From Lama guanicoe (lineage: Eukaryota), in the NCBI GenBank assembly GCA_013239625.1, contig MU054391.1, positions 3,315,130-3,379,129 on the forward strand: a stretch of DNA of 64,000 nt, read 5' to 3'. The notes under the pieces are model-generated. The model made no database searches. It saw nothing but the letters and a program-made list of their open reading frames with translations, and was not told the origin of the DNA. Both the position numbers and the translations under genes were made by a program. Shown here piece after piece: positions 13,803 through 25,386 of the stretch; positions within the stretch are counted from its first letter, which is position 1; each line of letters begins with the position of its first letter.

Positions 13803-13950
13803 TCAGTGTTTCTCAAAATATGGATTAGAGATCTACACCAGAATCGCAAGGTTTTGGGGGCCCCCTCTGTCAGATTTTCTGGCTTCCTCCAAAAAGTTTA
13901 GCAGATCTGGGGTAGGTCCCAGAGATATGAATTTTTAACAAGCACTTCTT
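13803..13950. mobile_element. MER5-family hAT-Charlie MITE
   Basis: cagtgtttctcaaa start; tttagcagatctggggtaggtcccagagatatgaatttttaacaagcac. Confidence 0.55.
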
Positions 13951-14427
13951 TTTCTTTTTTTCTCCACTGATACACTACTCTCGTATGGTAGTTCTGTGAA
14001 ATTCGATGCCCAGTGGGGAAGTCCATTCACAGGGAGGGAAACAGACCTCGGAAAAGCTCACTGCATGAAATCGATTAAAGACCGGGGCCGCTGTATTGTA
14101 CTAAAAGGTTTCCCAAAGAGTCATCGACATTCACTTTGGCAATGAGTGGCTCTAAAGGGAACAACTGCCTGGATATTCATGCTTTGTCAGCATGCGGAAT
14201 GGGGGTGGGGATGCCCTGTAGATTAGAATACACTCTTCGTCACAAGGGCAAAAGCTGTGCCATAGAGATGGTGTGAGTATGGAGTTCAGCACATGTAAAG
14301 CCTGGGGAGGCAGCAGCTTCTGGGATTTTGGAGGTTAGCCTGGTCTTTCTAGCAAAATGTGGTTACTAAATTGTAAATAAACACCTAACAGCCCGTTTAA
14401 AGGGTGCTTCTTATCTTTACAGTAAAG

Positions 14428-14623
14428 AAGTCTGTCATGGGCCAGAAAGTGAATTTTTTAGTCTTTGAGGTTATATGGTCCATGTCACAACTGGTCAATT
14501 GTAGCTGGAAATCAGTCGTAGACAACACATGAATTAACAAAGGTGTCTTCATTGCAATAAAACTTTATTTACAAAAGCAGACACTGGGCCAGCTTGACCT
14601 GTGTGTACCGTTTGACAACCCTG
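14428..14623 (+). mobile_element. MER58A-like hAT-Charlie MITE
   Basis: gggccagaaagtgaatttttta...caataaaactttatttacaaaagcag...gggccag...gtttgacaaccctg. Confidence 0.7.
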
Positions 14624-15719
14624 AATTTATAGCCTTGATGCCTTCAGCTTTCATGGCCTGTTGTGGTCGTTTGTGTGCTTAGCAAAAATTTTGAGCCTTA
14701 TGGTCTCATCTTTTCTTAGAAAGAGTGGTGTGTGTTACTGATATTACAAATTGGAGCCTGTAGTGCCTCGGGCTACGGGAACATCTTCGTAAGTGGATTT
14801 TGTTCAAAAATAATTAGCTTAAGTCCTTTAGTTTAAATCAACTTAATACACACAAAAATTGTTCTGTATGTGAAAAATTAGCAATTTTACCACCATTTCC
14901 CCAAACTTTTCATGCAGGAGCCCTTCCACAGCCCTCTAGCCCTAGGCTTTTCCGGATGAAGGCGTATTTCTCATGCACGTGTCCAACTTCCCACTAAGCA
15001 GCATTAGCAACTTCCCGGCCCTTCTGCTCTGCGGTTCATGCCCCGGGCGCCATGTGCTGATCACTGCAAATTCCTCTTTATTCCTTTGCTGCACACGGAC
15101 GTGACCCACTCTTCTGGGCCCTGGATTCAGTTCTGTTGGGAATTCCCACTCCTGCTTGATAACTACACTTCCCTGAGAGTGAGTTTCCCTTTCTCGAGGC
15201 TCTCCATTGCCACCCTGGTCTGGCTCAGGAGGAAGAGTCCGAGGTGAAGCGAGAAGATGGTTCTCTTTGTTTCTGTGTTACAGTCTGCTCTACAGGTGTT
15301 CTGAGAGCCCCTGAATTGTGTCTAGACAATACCAACAGTTTTTAAAGAAGCACCTCTTGTGTTTTCATCCAACGTGCTCACTCTGTCTCCCTGTGGCACC
15401 CAAACCCAGACAAGTGTATTTTAGAACCAAGACAAAAACTACTTAGAGACTTTGGGTGGTCTCTCGTTTTCTGACTAACTCTTTGCAAGTCGGGCTCGAG
15501 CTGGCATGCTCGGCAGTTGCCTTTCTCAGGAAGTCTCCTCACCTGCAAGTCCACTCAGCTCCCTGACAAGCGTGTGCACAGTGCCTTCCTAAGGAAAGAC
15601 AGATCCCAAGATTCAGCTGAACCAATCATTCATCTTTGAGAAGCACTCCCTTGTCGAATTTGTGGCTCCTTGGTCTCAACCTTTTTTTTTTTCTTTCCCT
15701 TTGACCACTGATTGCTCTT

Positions 15720-16130
15720 TATTTTCCCTGTAAATATTAGTGTTCCAAGACGCAATCCTGGGTTCTCTCTACTTCCTGCTCCCACTCTTGAAATGATTAT
15801 TTCCTTCCCCAGGGCAGCAATGAGCATATATGGTCAGATGGCTCTGAAATTGGAATTCCCAACGTAATTTGTCCTCTGAAATCCAGCTGAAGAGACTCTC
15901 TAACTTCTTAGCATCTTAAACTCAAGTATCGGAAGACACTTCAAGTGTGTCTTGGGTTCTCGCTGTTTCCTTGTCCTGTTTTCGTGCTCCCCACTGTAAG
16001 CAGTGCCCTGATGGGGGCCAGAAACCAAAGAGTCACCCGTGTGCTGCTTCCTTTCCTCCCTGACATGCCCGATCAGGTACTACGTCCTATACGCTTTTCC
16101 TTCTAAATTCCTTGCATTCCAAATGCACCT
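15720..16130 (+). mobile_element. L2 LINE fragment (ancient); a similar fragment lies at about 16745-17090
   Basis: catcttaaactcaagtat, ccagaaaccaaagagtcacc and pyrimidine-rich texture typical of L2. Confidence 0.4.
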
Positions 16131-18172
16131 TTTCCAGGTAAAAAAGAAAACTTGAAGATGTTACTGTTCTATCATAAAATTACATATATATTCTTTATCC
16201 AACAGTAGAGAATATATAAAATAATGCAGAAATTATCTCAGCTCTTCCCTACAACCACTCTGACCCCAGAGATAATCCCAAGTTTGCTGTATCTTTTCAT
16301 AAAAGTTCATTGTAGTCCAAATGTATATCCTCGTATATTTATATAAGAATCGTCTCCAGCAACTAGTTCAGCTGCATCTACATATTTACTAGATGGATCT
16401 AAATGTATTTTTTAACTAAATGCAGTTTTCCCAGTAAATGTAGGAGCAGTAGCACTGGAGTGTTCCAACAAAAATGAGGTCCTGTGGTCAACAAGGTCCT
16501 TTTAGAATGAGTTGAGTTGTGGCTTGGATGGATGAGCAAATTTTAACTGGTTTGCTTTCCAGTCCTGGGATTTAAGCACCAAATGAAATGAACCTCTGTA
16601 CTAGATCATGGGATGCTAAAACTTTTAAGGTCTCATCTATTGGGGAAGATGGAGGAGAAGCCATACCTAGAATGTCCTTGTATCTCAACTGTAACGTTAT
16701 TACACATGCTTTGTTTCTGTATGTGACTGGCTCCGGTCCAGCCTGGCTGTGGTCAGTGAAAAGCCTTCTGTTGCTCCCGCTGCTTCTGTCCATCCTTTGA
16801 GTGGTTTTCCAAATTGATGTGCCTCTCTCTGCCGCTCTTCAGTGACTTCCCCTGCTTTCAGGATGAAGCCTCAGCTCCTCAGACCTTGAGATGCACAGCA
16901 CTGCACTGTCTGGCCCCAGCTCCTGCCCAGGGTCATCCTCATCTAAGGCTCTGGGCTTCGTTCAGACCTAAGACCTATGAGGCACACCCTTCTGTGGAAA
17001 GTACCACCCGTTCCTGGTACTTTCTCAGCCTAAACCACCTTCTTCAACCTCATTTACCTGGGGACTTGTTACTCATTCTTCAAAATTTAGTTCAAATACT
17101 TGCTGAGTTGAAAAAAGTAGGTTATAAACTTCTACACAGCTCATGATGTTTGTTGTTCTTGCTAAAGAGAAATACACACAGGGAAAGTCTTCAAGTACAG
17201 ACAACAAACTGGGTGAAAATTTCCAAGTGACTCTTTTCTCCATTTTATTACATTTATTTTCAGCAATGAGCATATATTGGTTATGGGACGTAATTTTAAG
17301 CCTCAACTCTGGGATTTGAATCCTGTGAGAAGCAACGCCTCATTAATCTTGATTTCACCCGTGCCCAATTTTGACTTTGTGTACTTCCTCTAAACTCCTC
17401 AGAGTCACAGCATTTTGAGCTCAGTCTCCTTTAGCGGCTGCCATTATTCTGTGATGGTTTCTTCGTGAGTGTATCCTGGTGGTCAGATCACACACCCTTT
17501 TTGGGACTGGTACTCACTCTTCTTCTGTGCCTGAGCCCCAGCACCTCGTACAGTGCTTGGTGAGCTATGAATGAAAGAATCAACGTGTTAGACCAAAACC
17601 TACCAGGAAGCAAGGCCAGCTTCTGCACGAGTGTTTTTTTTTCTCTCTGTCATCACATGGATGGGTGGGCACAGGGAAGTTTCCACCCAGGCAAGAACTT
17701 ACTACCATCGCGCCATCCTCAGCACAAACATGCTGGCACCCTCAGCATGAAAGCTGTCTAGGAAAATCTAAGTAAGAATGGAGTGTGGGTAGATCTTATG
17801 AATATTCATGAACCAAGGGCCGTAGCAGCCAAGCTAAGCACAGAATTACAGCAATTATCTGAATGATTTACACACACACACAAAGCCAGCCCTAAGCAAA
17901 ACTGTTGAGGAGGCTGGAAGTCGGCTGTCCCTCCTGCCTGGCCTGCCCTGCAGGGCTGCATGCTCCCTGTCCGTCTGCCTGGGGGGCTCCTACGCCAATT
18001 CCCTCTAACCACCCTCCCCCCCCACCCCGTCTCCGCCCCTGGTGACAGGTTCCACGTGACTTAAGCCTTTCCCTCCAAACTCAAATAGCTCAATTTCCCC
18101 AGAGCTTAAGTACTTAACTAGCCAACTGGCTAACAAATTTGACATTTTAATTCATGTTAAGATATAAATTAG

Positions 18173-18432
18173 CTTTCTCCTTTTGAGATTAACATGTGTA
18201 GTATATACACTACTGTATATATATACACTATAAAATAAACAACAAGGTCCTACTGTGTAGCACAGGGAACTATATGCAATATCTTCTACTAAATAGTAAT
18301 GGAAAATAATACGAAAAAGAATATACAATATGCAAGTATGTATATATATGTATGTATAACTGAATCACTTTGCTGTGCACATGAAACTAACACAGCGTTG
18401 TAAGTTAACTATACGTCAATAAAAAAAAATTA
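18173..18432 (+). mobile_element. 5'-truncated L1 3' end with 14-bp target-site duplication
   Basis: aaacaacaaggtcctactgtgtagcacagggaactat...tgaatcactttgctgtgcacatgaaactaacacagcgttgtaagttaactatacgtcaataaaaaaaaa; aagatataaattag at 18159-18172 and 18433-18446. Confidence 0.9.
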
Positions 18433-19149
18433 AAGATATAAATTAGTCTTGCTTTTCTATTTCAGTGTCTGTTGTTGATACACAGATTATCAGTCTTTTG
18501 TTGTGAGGTTCCTTAACTCAGTTTCAGGTATGGGACGCTATAAATAGATCAAATAAATAATTGAATAGATGTTGAAGGTGGTAAAAGCTTTGTGTTGTAC
18601 TTCAATATCGCAGACTCTTAGAGCAGGAAGAAACTTTACAAGCCATTTAGTTTGATGTCCCCCACACTGAGTTTCACATGAGGTTAGCAGACGACTGAGT
18701 AAAGAATTATTCTGTGACACACGCACACATAAAGATACAATGGGCTAAAAGTTATTTACAGAAAGATTACCAGAATCCGTATTGCAAATCACTGATATAG
18801 TGTTATTATTGTATTATTATTATTGTGGATCACTGAATACAGTGTGAGTCACTTTCTAACTTTGTGTATAAAAATTTTTGTCCCAATATAGCCATTACTC
18901 TCTGTAAGATTTTCTATCCGATAGAACTATATTTGGAAAATGGTTTTCTAGTCCAAGCCTTTATAATTCAGATGAGGAAACACCAAAAAAGGAAATATTC
19001 ATCCAAGGTGACACACTTGGGGACAGAGTTCAGATTTAAGCCCAGATTGTCCATTGGCTCCATGGCATTCCATTGCTCCATCAGCCCCCTTTTCCTTTAA
19101 TTTGTTTTATTTTAGCAAGGATTTGAAGTCTTACTTTATAATGTATATT

Positions 19150-19565
19150 TGTGACACAGGCTGCTAATTATACCCTGAAACCTATTCTCTCTTTCTCGCC
19201 TGGTGGAGTGATTTTTATTTGGGCTCTTAGTCCCCTTGGGAAGGGCCACATTTCCCCACCATCTTACTATCAGGTGTGATCATATGACTCAGCTGTAACC
19301 CATCCAATGAGAATGAAAGCAACCTGCCTGACTTTAGAGTCACATCCTTTAAGGGAAAGGGTATGTTTCCCCTTTTTCTTTTTCTTCCGAATGCCTCCTG
19401 GAGTGAGGATCTATTGGTAACGCCTGAATCCAAAAGTGGAACAAAGCAATAAAAAGCAAAAGGCCTGTGTCCTAACAGTTCTGTGTATTGGCTAATTCTG
19501 GATGACTTTCAGCAAAACTGAATAGGAGAGAGGGAGAAATTTATGTTAAATCTAGCTAATCTGCA
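19150..19565 (+). mobile_element. Old MaLR LTR (MLT1I/J-like)
   Basis: ccacatttccccaccatctt...aggtgtgatcatatgactcagc...ccaatgagaatgaaagc. Confidence 0.5.
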
Positions 19566-19802
19566 CCCAGAAATGGAATACACTGAAGAAAAAAATGGAA
19601 GGTTTCCCTACAAAATCTGCTGCTTCAGATGGCCCCAAGGCAATGACTGTTTAGCTATGAGACAACGGGTGGGTGGAGCTCAGAGACCAGTAACTAAAAC
19701 ACATCATCTTCAGGCTCAGGAACTGCATTCACATCTATCAATGTTTTGACTACGATCACTGACACATGGAAATTACCAGAAGGAAATAGTCCCAAAGCCT
19801 CC

Positions 19803-20202
19803 AGTTGTGGGTGTCCCCCTACAAAATATTCATACATCTAAGTCCTGACCCTCGGAACCTCCAAGTGAAATCTTACTTGGAAATAAGGTGACTGCAGGGA
19901 CAGTTAGTTAATATGAGGTCATACTGAAGTAGATGAACCCTTAATCCAGTATGATCTGCGTCCTCATAGAAAGGGGAGACTTGGATACAGATGTGCATCA
20001 GACTGGAGCTGTGTTGCCACAAAGCAAACGATTAGAAGCTAGAAAAATGCATCCTCCCCTTGAGTCCTCAGAGTGAGCATGCTTCTGCAGGCAACCTGGC
20101 CTCGGACTGCTGCCCTCCAGGTACGTGAAATAGTGAATTTCTGTTCTTTTCAGCCACTCAGTTTGTGGTATTTCGTTGTGGCAGTTCTAGAAAACTAATA
20201 TA
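19803..20202 (+). mobile_element. MaLR solo LTR (MLT1B/C-like)
   Basis: aagtcctgaccctcggaacctc...ttacttggaaataagg...atgaggtcatactg...ccttaatccagtatga...cagccactcagtttgtggtatttcgttgtggcagttctagaaaactaatata. Confidence 0.8.
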
Positions 20203-20233
20203 CCTAAGAAATATTTGAGAACATAATATTTCC

Positions 20234-20406
20234 GGGCGAGGGTATAGCTCGAGTGGCAGAGTGCATGCTTAGCATGCGTGAGGTCCTGGGTTCAACACCT
20301 AGCACCTCCTCTAACATAAATAAACCTAATTACTCCCCTAGAATACAATAATTAAATAATACAATAATAAATAAATAAGTAAAATATAAAAAATAAAATA
20401 TAAAAA
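20234..20406 (+). mobile_element. tRNA-Ala(AGC)-derived SINE (camelid Vic-1 type)
   Basis: Head gagggtatagctcgagtggcagagtgcatgcttagcatgcgtgaggtcctgggttcaacacctagcacctcc (A/B boxes, AGC anticodon loop), then aaataaacctaattactcccc and an A-rich tail. Confidence 0.85.
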
Positions 20407-20777
20407 GAAATTTCCCAAAATAGACAAACCCAGCTTTTACAAATCAGAGAGTATTTGGTGCTGATGCGCCTCTGAGCTGCCCAGCTGCACCTGTCGGCAG
20501 GAAGACCGTGCAGCCTCTCAGAAGAGCACCGTCTCCCATGAGAGCTGGGAAACGAAGAATGAGAACCTCGCTGAGGGCTAAGCTGGGGCAGCAGAGGAGG
20601 ATGGAGACACTAGTTCCTCCAGGGAAGCACTGGCATCTGTCGGATGGGTTTACCAGAGATCTCCACTTCTCTGCCAGGTCAGAGAATCATTGACAAGAAT
20701 GTTCTGACTTTATTTGATTATCACTATGGAAAGTGACTGCTATGCGGGTTTCTTGTTTTTTTCTTTTATAAGTGGTA

Positions 20778-21203
20778 TTTTTTTATTGAAGTGTAGTCAG
20801 TTACAGTGTGTCAATGTCTGGTGTACAGCACAATGTCCCAGTCCTGCATATATATACATTTATTTGTTTTAATATTCTTTTTCATTAAAGGCTCTTTCAA
20901 GATACTGAATATCGTTCCCTGTGCTATACAAAGGAAATTTGTTTTTTATAATCTAATTTATATACAGTGGTTATCTTTTTCAAATCTCAAATTCCCAGAT
21001 TTATCCCTTCCCACCCCTTTTCCCCCGGTAACCATAAGATTGTTTACTATATCTGCGAGTCTGTCTCTGTTTTGTAGATGAGTTCACTAGTGTCCTTTTT
21101 TTTTTTTTCTTTTCTTTCTTTTTTTAAGATTCCACATATGAGTGATATCATATGATATTTTTCTTTCTCTTTCTGGCTTATTTCCCTTAGAATGACAATC
21201 CCC
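20778..21203 (-). mobile_element. 5'-truncated young L1 3' UTR
   Basis: ttttattgaagtgtagtcagttacagtgtgtcaatgtctggtgtacagc...gattccacatatgagtgatatcat...; probable TSD aagtggtatttt (20770-20781) / aaatggtatttt (21206-21217). Confidence 0.9.
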
Positions 21204-21959
21204 ACAAATGGTATTTTATGTTGTGGCTCTCCCTTTATATGTCATGGAATTTGGGGTGTAAATGGTAGATAACTTACAGTTTAGTTCATAGCTGGCCGAA
21301 CTGTTCAAAGCCACATTCAAACCTGGTGGACAGAACTGTCCATCACCCGGAGACCCTGGAATTCAATCTAGATGAAGTAATGGAGTAGCTGGGTGTCCTT
21401 TAAGGGAAAGATGGTCTTATAAGCAGATCCCACATGGAAGAAGAGTGAGCTTAGGCATTGGGCGGCTGGAGGGGTGAACTGTGGTGGACCCTCCCAGTTG
21501 TCTCCTAGTGCCCTCAATAACAGATTCCTTTCACAATCAAATGTGGCTTCATGACTAATGTATGATCAGCAGGGCATGTGCTGAAGAATCACACATGACT
21601 TCAAGAACTTGCCTTCGACTTAGCACTTACCAGCCCGTCCACTGCAGTATGGACATGCTGGGGAATGCTGAGCTGTCCGTCATCTTGGACCACAAAGTAG
21701 AAATCGGGGGTTGAGGCTGGCAGACCAACAAGAAAGCCAAAGGAAGCCCAGAGAGGAGGGTCCTGGTCCAAAGAAGTACTCCAGAGGAGAGAAGATGAGG
21801 TCACGTGTCTCAGTGAGGTTAGATAAACTGTCCCCGCCAGTCAGGGGAGTCAGACCAGGGCTCGGAGCCTCGTTCTTTCTCTTATTGATACTCTTTCCAT
21901 GAGGCAGAGCAGCTACCCCAGCATAGAGGTGAGAAAGAACAACATAGTAACAGTAAATT

Positions 21960-22520
21960 TAAATGTGGACACTAACATTTAAGAACCATGGTCATTGAAA
22001 GAAAACATAGAAAATAATATGACCAACCAATGGCGTACAGAAAAGGAATTTGCACACATCGACATGGGAAGTACTTGCTTTCTAGCAGGTAAATGAAAAC
22101 ACAGCTACTTGAATAGGTAATTAACAACAGGAGAGATACAAATAACCAGCAAACACACGAACTATATAAAAATCTATGAGCATAAAAAACTTCGATTCCA
22201 TTGCTATTTGTATTGGCAAATAAATTGGAAATCATCTAAATGTCACAAAAAAGATGTAATGGTTCCTTCTGATTCATACATGAATGCAACTGTATTTACT
22301 TATCAAAAACGTAAAGACAAAGTAATAATACAGAGATTTGACCATTTTACAGCTTTAAGTGAAGAAGCTGAAAAATAATATGTATTATGTGTGACATTAA
22401 GTATTGAAAAACCTCATGGCATAAAAGACCTGAAGGGAAATTCTCCAAGTATTTTATGTCTCTTGACGGAGTTCTTACCAAGGGTTTCCTTTACCCTTGT
22501 CTGGGTTTTTCCACATTAAT
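21960..22520 (+). mobile_element. Ancient L1M (L1ME-like) remnant
   Basis: A-rich; ttgctatttgtattggcaaataaattggaaatcatctaaatgtc resembles the L1 ORF2 end. Confidence 0.35.
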
Positions 22521-24739
22521 AATAATAGTACATAATCAACTCAGAGTCAGGAAAACAAAGTTTAAACCCATCAATGCTTCCAAATTCAGAGCAAAGAGAA
22601 CGTCACCCTGACATTTGGAGCTTTCACAGTGTGTCCCCTTGTGTTTCTCTCAGACCTTTAGCATCTGCTCTGGAGCCTCCACTCCCAGGGCAAGTACATG
22701 ACATTTGAGCCTCACTCAGGCTGAAGGGTCCCTCTGCCCTTTCCTGCCTCCCCTCCTCCTCTGCTGAGCAAACTCCTTACAGACTAAAGTTTCGGGTGGA
22801 AGGGTAACGGTTAATGGTGGAAATCTTACGCTGTGGTTCAGGCCAGCAGCATCACCGCCCGGAGCGGGGCCCACGTCTGCGGATGCGGGCTTCTCAACGT
22901 AGAAAGTAAGGAAACAGAACGGACAGGTGAATCTGTCTCTTAAATCTAACAACAGTGACGGTGAGGATGAACATGGAGCTTGTGCTTTGCCCTGTATTTA
23001 CGTCCTAATTCTCAGTATGTTTTAGTTTGATCGTATTCTACAGACAGTATCCGTCCACCCAGATTGGAAAATAGAAACTCGAAATGAATAAAGTAACAAA
23101 AGACTAGAGCAAACACAGACAAGTCCATTCAGAATAAAAATCCACCCGCAACCAAAGGAATCTTTCTTTCCCTGGCTCTTCCGACCGAAGCCTTTCTGAA
23201 GTCCCTCTCTGCCCGGGTTGTAGGAGGGAAGCGAGTGCCCAGATGTGCAGGGAGATCGGGTTACCCTCTCAGCTCCCAGCACACACCCTGCCCCCCGGGA
23301 CAGCGAGGCCGGATGCAGTCTGGAAGAAAATGCATGGACGATTTTGATTTCGTGTTTGTGCCCCTGGGGAGTGCCGACAGGGTAGGTGCTTCCTGCTTGT
23401 TTGTTAAAAAGAATCTTCTGTTTTTATAAAAACAAAACACAACACAAAACCTCTCTCCGCGTCACCTCCTTGTTTCCCTCACACTGCATGATGGCTCAGC
23501 AAAAACAGAGGTAGGATTCTGTCGCCAGATGAAACTAAGAAAGTTTGTAAAATCTGACCTTGATGAAGACTTGCAGGAGAGTTATTATTTGCAGTGGAGA
23601 TCAGTCGGGCCCCAGGGATTGGCGTGATCCCCTGATTTTGTTCCGGGATTAGATGTGGAATCACAGTTCTGCTGCTTTGAGATTTCAAAAGTATCATGGT
23701 TCTTATTTTATTACCTGCTCTTATCATCCAAGAAGTATTACAAAGCTTTCTACATTTTTCCATCACGCCGTCGCTTGATTTGAGTGAACTTTGTGGATCC
23801 CCGGAACGGTCTAGCAAAGAGATTAGACTTCTGATTACACACTCAGGCTGGGCACCAGTGTCTCTGACCCCCAGAAATACAGAGGAAAATGTGCTAACAA
23901 AGAGGGCCTTATAGCTGGTGTGTCCCTTTCGCCAGAGGATGAAGTTAATGAGTCCAAGGTCAGGAGATCACTCACCATATGAGCCACTTAAGCTGGGGCT
24001 GGAACACAGCTCTGTCCCCCAGCGAAAGCTGCACCCTGTCATAGCATCTTGTAAACGTCAGACACTGGCCACAAATGGAAGTAGAAATGAAACCGAGGGC
24101 GGTTCCAAACAATTTCCAACCCGCAGCTACCAAATCATTATAAAGTAAAACTCTGGTCATCATACTTCCTTCCGGTTACGACTCCATTTTTAAAATGTTT
24201 GTGTCCTCATTTCTTCATTCTTTTTTAAATGTTGTTGATCACATCAGCCCTGCAAAGAGGCAAGTCGGGAGCATTAGTTAATTTTACAGATAAAGGACCT
24301 GAGACAGAAATGCTACTCAAGTGGTAAGTGTTTGATCCAGGACTCCAGTCAAATGCTGATAAAGTTTGTTCAAAAAGTAATGTTTTAGCAACAAGGAAAA
24401 GGTGGAATTTTCTTTGTTCATAAAAGGTGAACCTCTCTTTTTGGTAGTTTTATCAAAAGGCAGGTGCATGTTATCACAGAAGGTAAGAGCGACCTAAGCC
24501 TGGGCAAGGCCCTTGGGGCTACCTGGAGGCCGTCTGAGTCATCTGGGTGGGAGGGCATGGGGGGGACGTGGCCTCACGCCTTCAGCTCAGATAGATTTGG
24601 ACACTGCAGCTCTGCCCGGTGCCTTGCCTCAGGACCTGATATGTCCTTGAGACGCAGCTGCAGTCCTGTTTCTAATGCCCTCATAGGAACAGGCAGGCCT
24701 GACTCGGACAAAGAATCAATATTAGAGACACCGTCAAGG

Positions 24740-24932
24740 AGTAAAGGAGGTGGGAAGGGATAAACTGGCAACTCAAAAATCGCACCTCTTGGGGCACTAT
24801 GGAAATGTTGGCCACCTTGACTGTGGCGGTGGCTTCATGGGCGTCTACATCTGCCCCAGTTCATCAAGTTGCACATCTGAAATATGTGCAGTTTACTGGA
24901 CAGGAACCAGACCACAATGAAGGTGTTAAAAA
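24740..24932 (+). mobile_element. Ancient L1M 3' end
   Basis: atggaaatgtt...ccttgactgtggcggtggcttcatgggcgtctacatctg...ttcatcaagttgcacatctgaaatatgtgcagtttactg. Confidence 0.6.
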
Positions 24933-25004
24933 TGTCAAATAGGAAAAATTAACATTATAAAAAATAGAGTGTACAATTCAACAAAAAATTAGAAACACAA
25001 TCCC

Positions 25005-25330
25005 AGGCGGGGCTCTCGGAGGCCAGCCCACAGTCTGGAGGACACGGTAGTCATCAGGGACCAGGGCCGTGAAAAGAAGAGGCCAGGGCAGGCCCCGGCC
25101 GGGGGGAGTCACAGCCGGGCTGGGCGGGGGGCGGGCCGCCGCTCTGCAGCCCCACAGGGCGCTCTGGACAGCAGCTCCCATCATGCTGACGGGCCTGGCC
25201 CTTACACGTGACCGGGTTCAACCACCAGCTGCAGGTCGCCCCGGGAAGGACCATCCTCAGCTGAGGGGGACCCAACAGGGGCGGGGAGCCGAGGATGGCT
25301 GCGGGACCACAGTCACCACGGTCACCACAG
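25005..25330. promoter_or_regulatory. CpG/GC-box-rich promoter- or enhancer-like patch
   Basis: Overlapping GGGCGG boxes at 25122-25135 and about 25279, E-box cacgtgac at about 25205, dense CpG. Confidence 0.45.
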
Positions 25331-25386
25331 GTGGGGAGAAAGTCGACATGTCTGCAGGTCCAGTTGGCTCCATCCCAGCTGATGGG

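Noticed and set aside
20238..20309. tRNA-Ala(AGC) gene
   Set aside because: Diverged stems plus a SINE body and A-rich tail mark it as a SINE head
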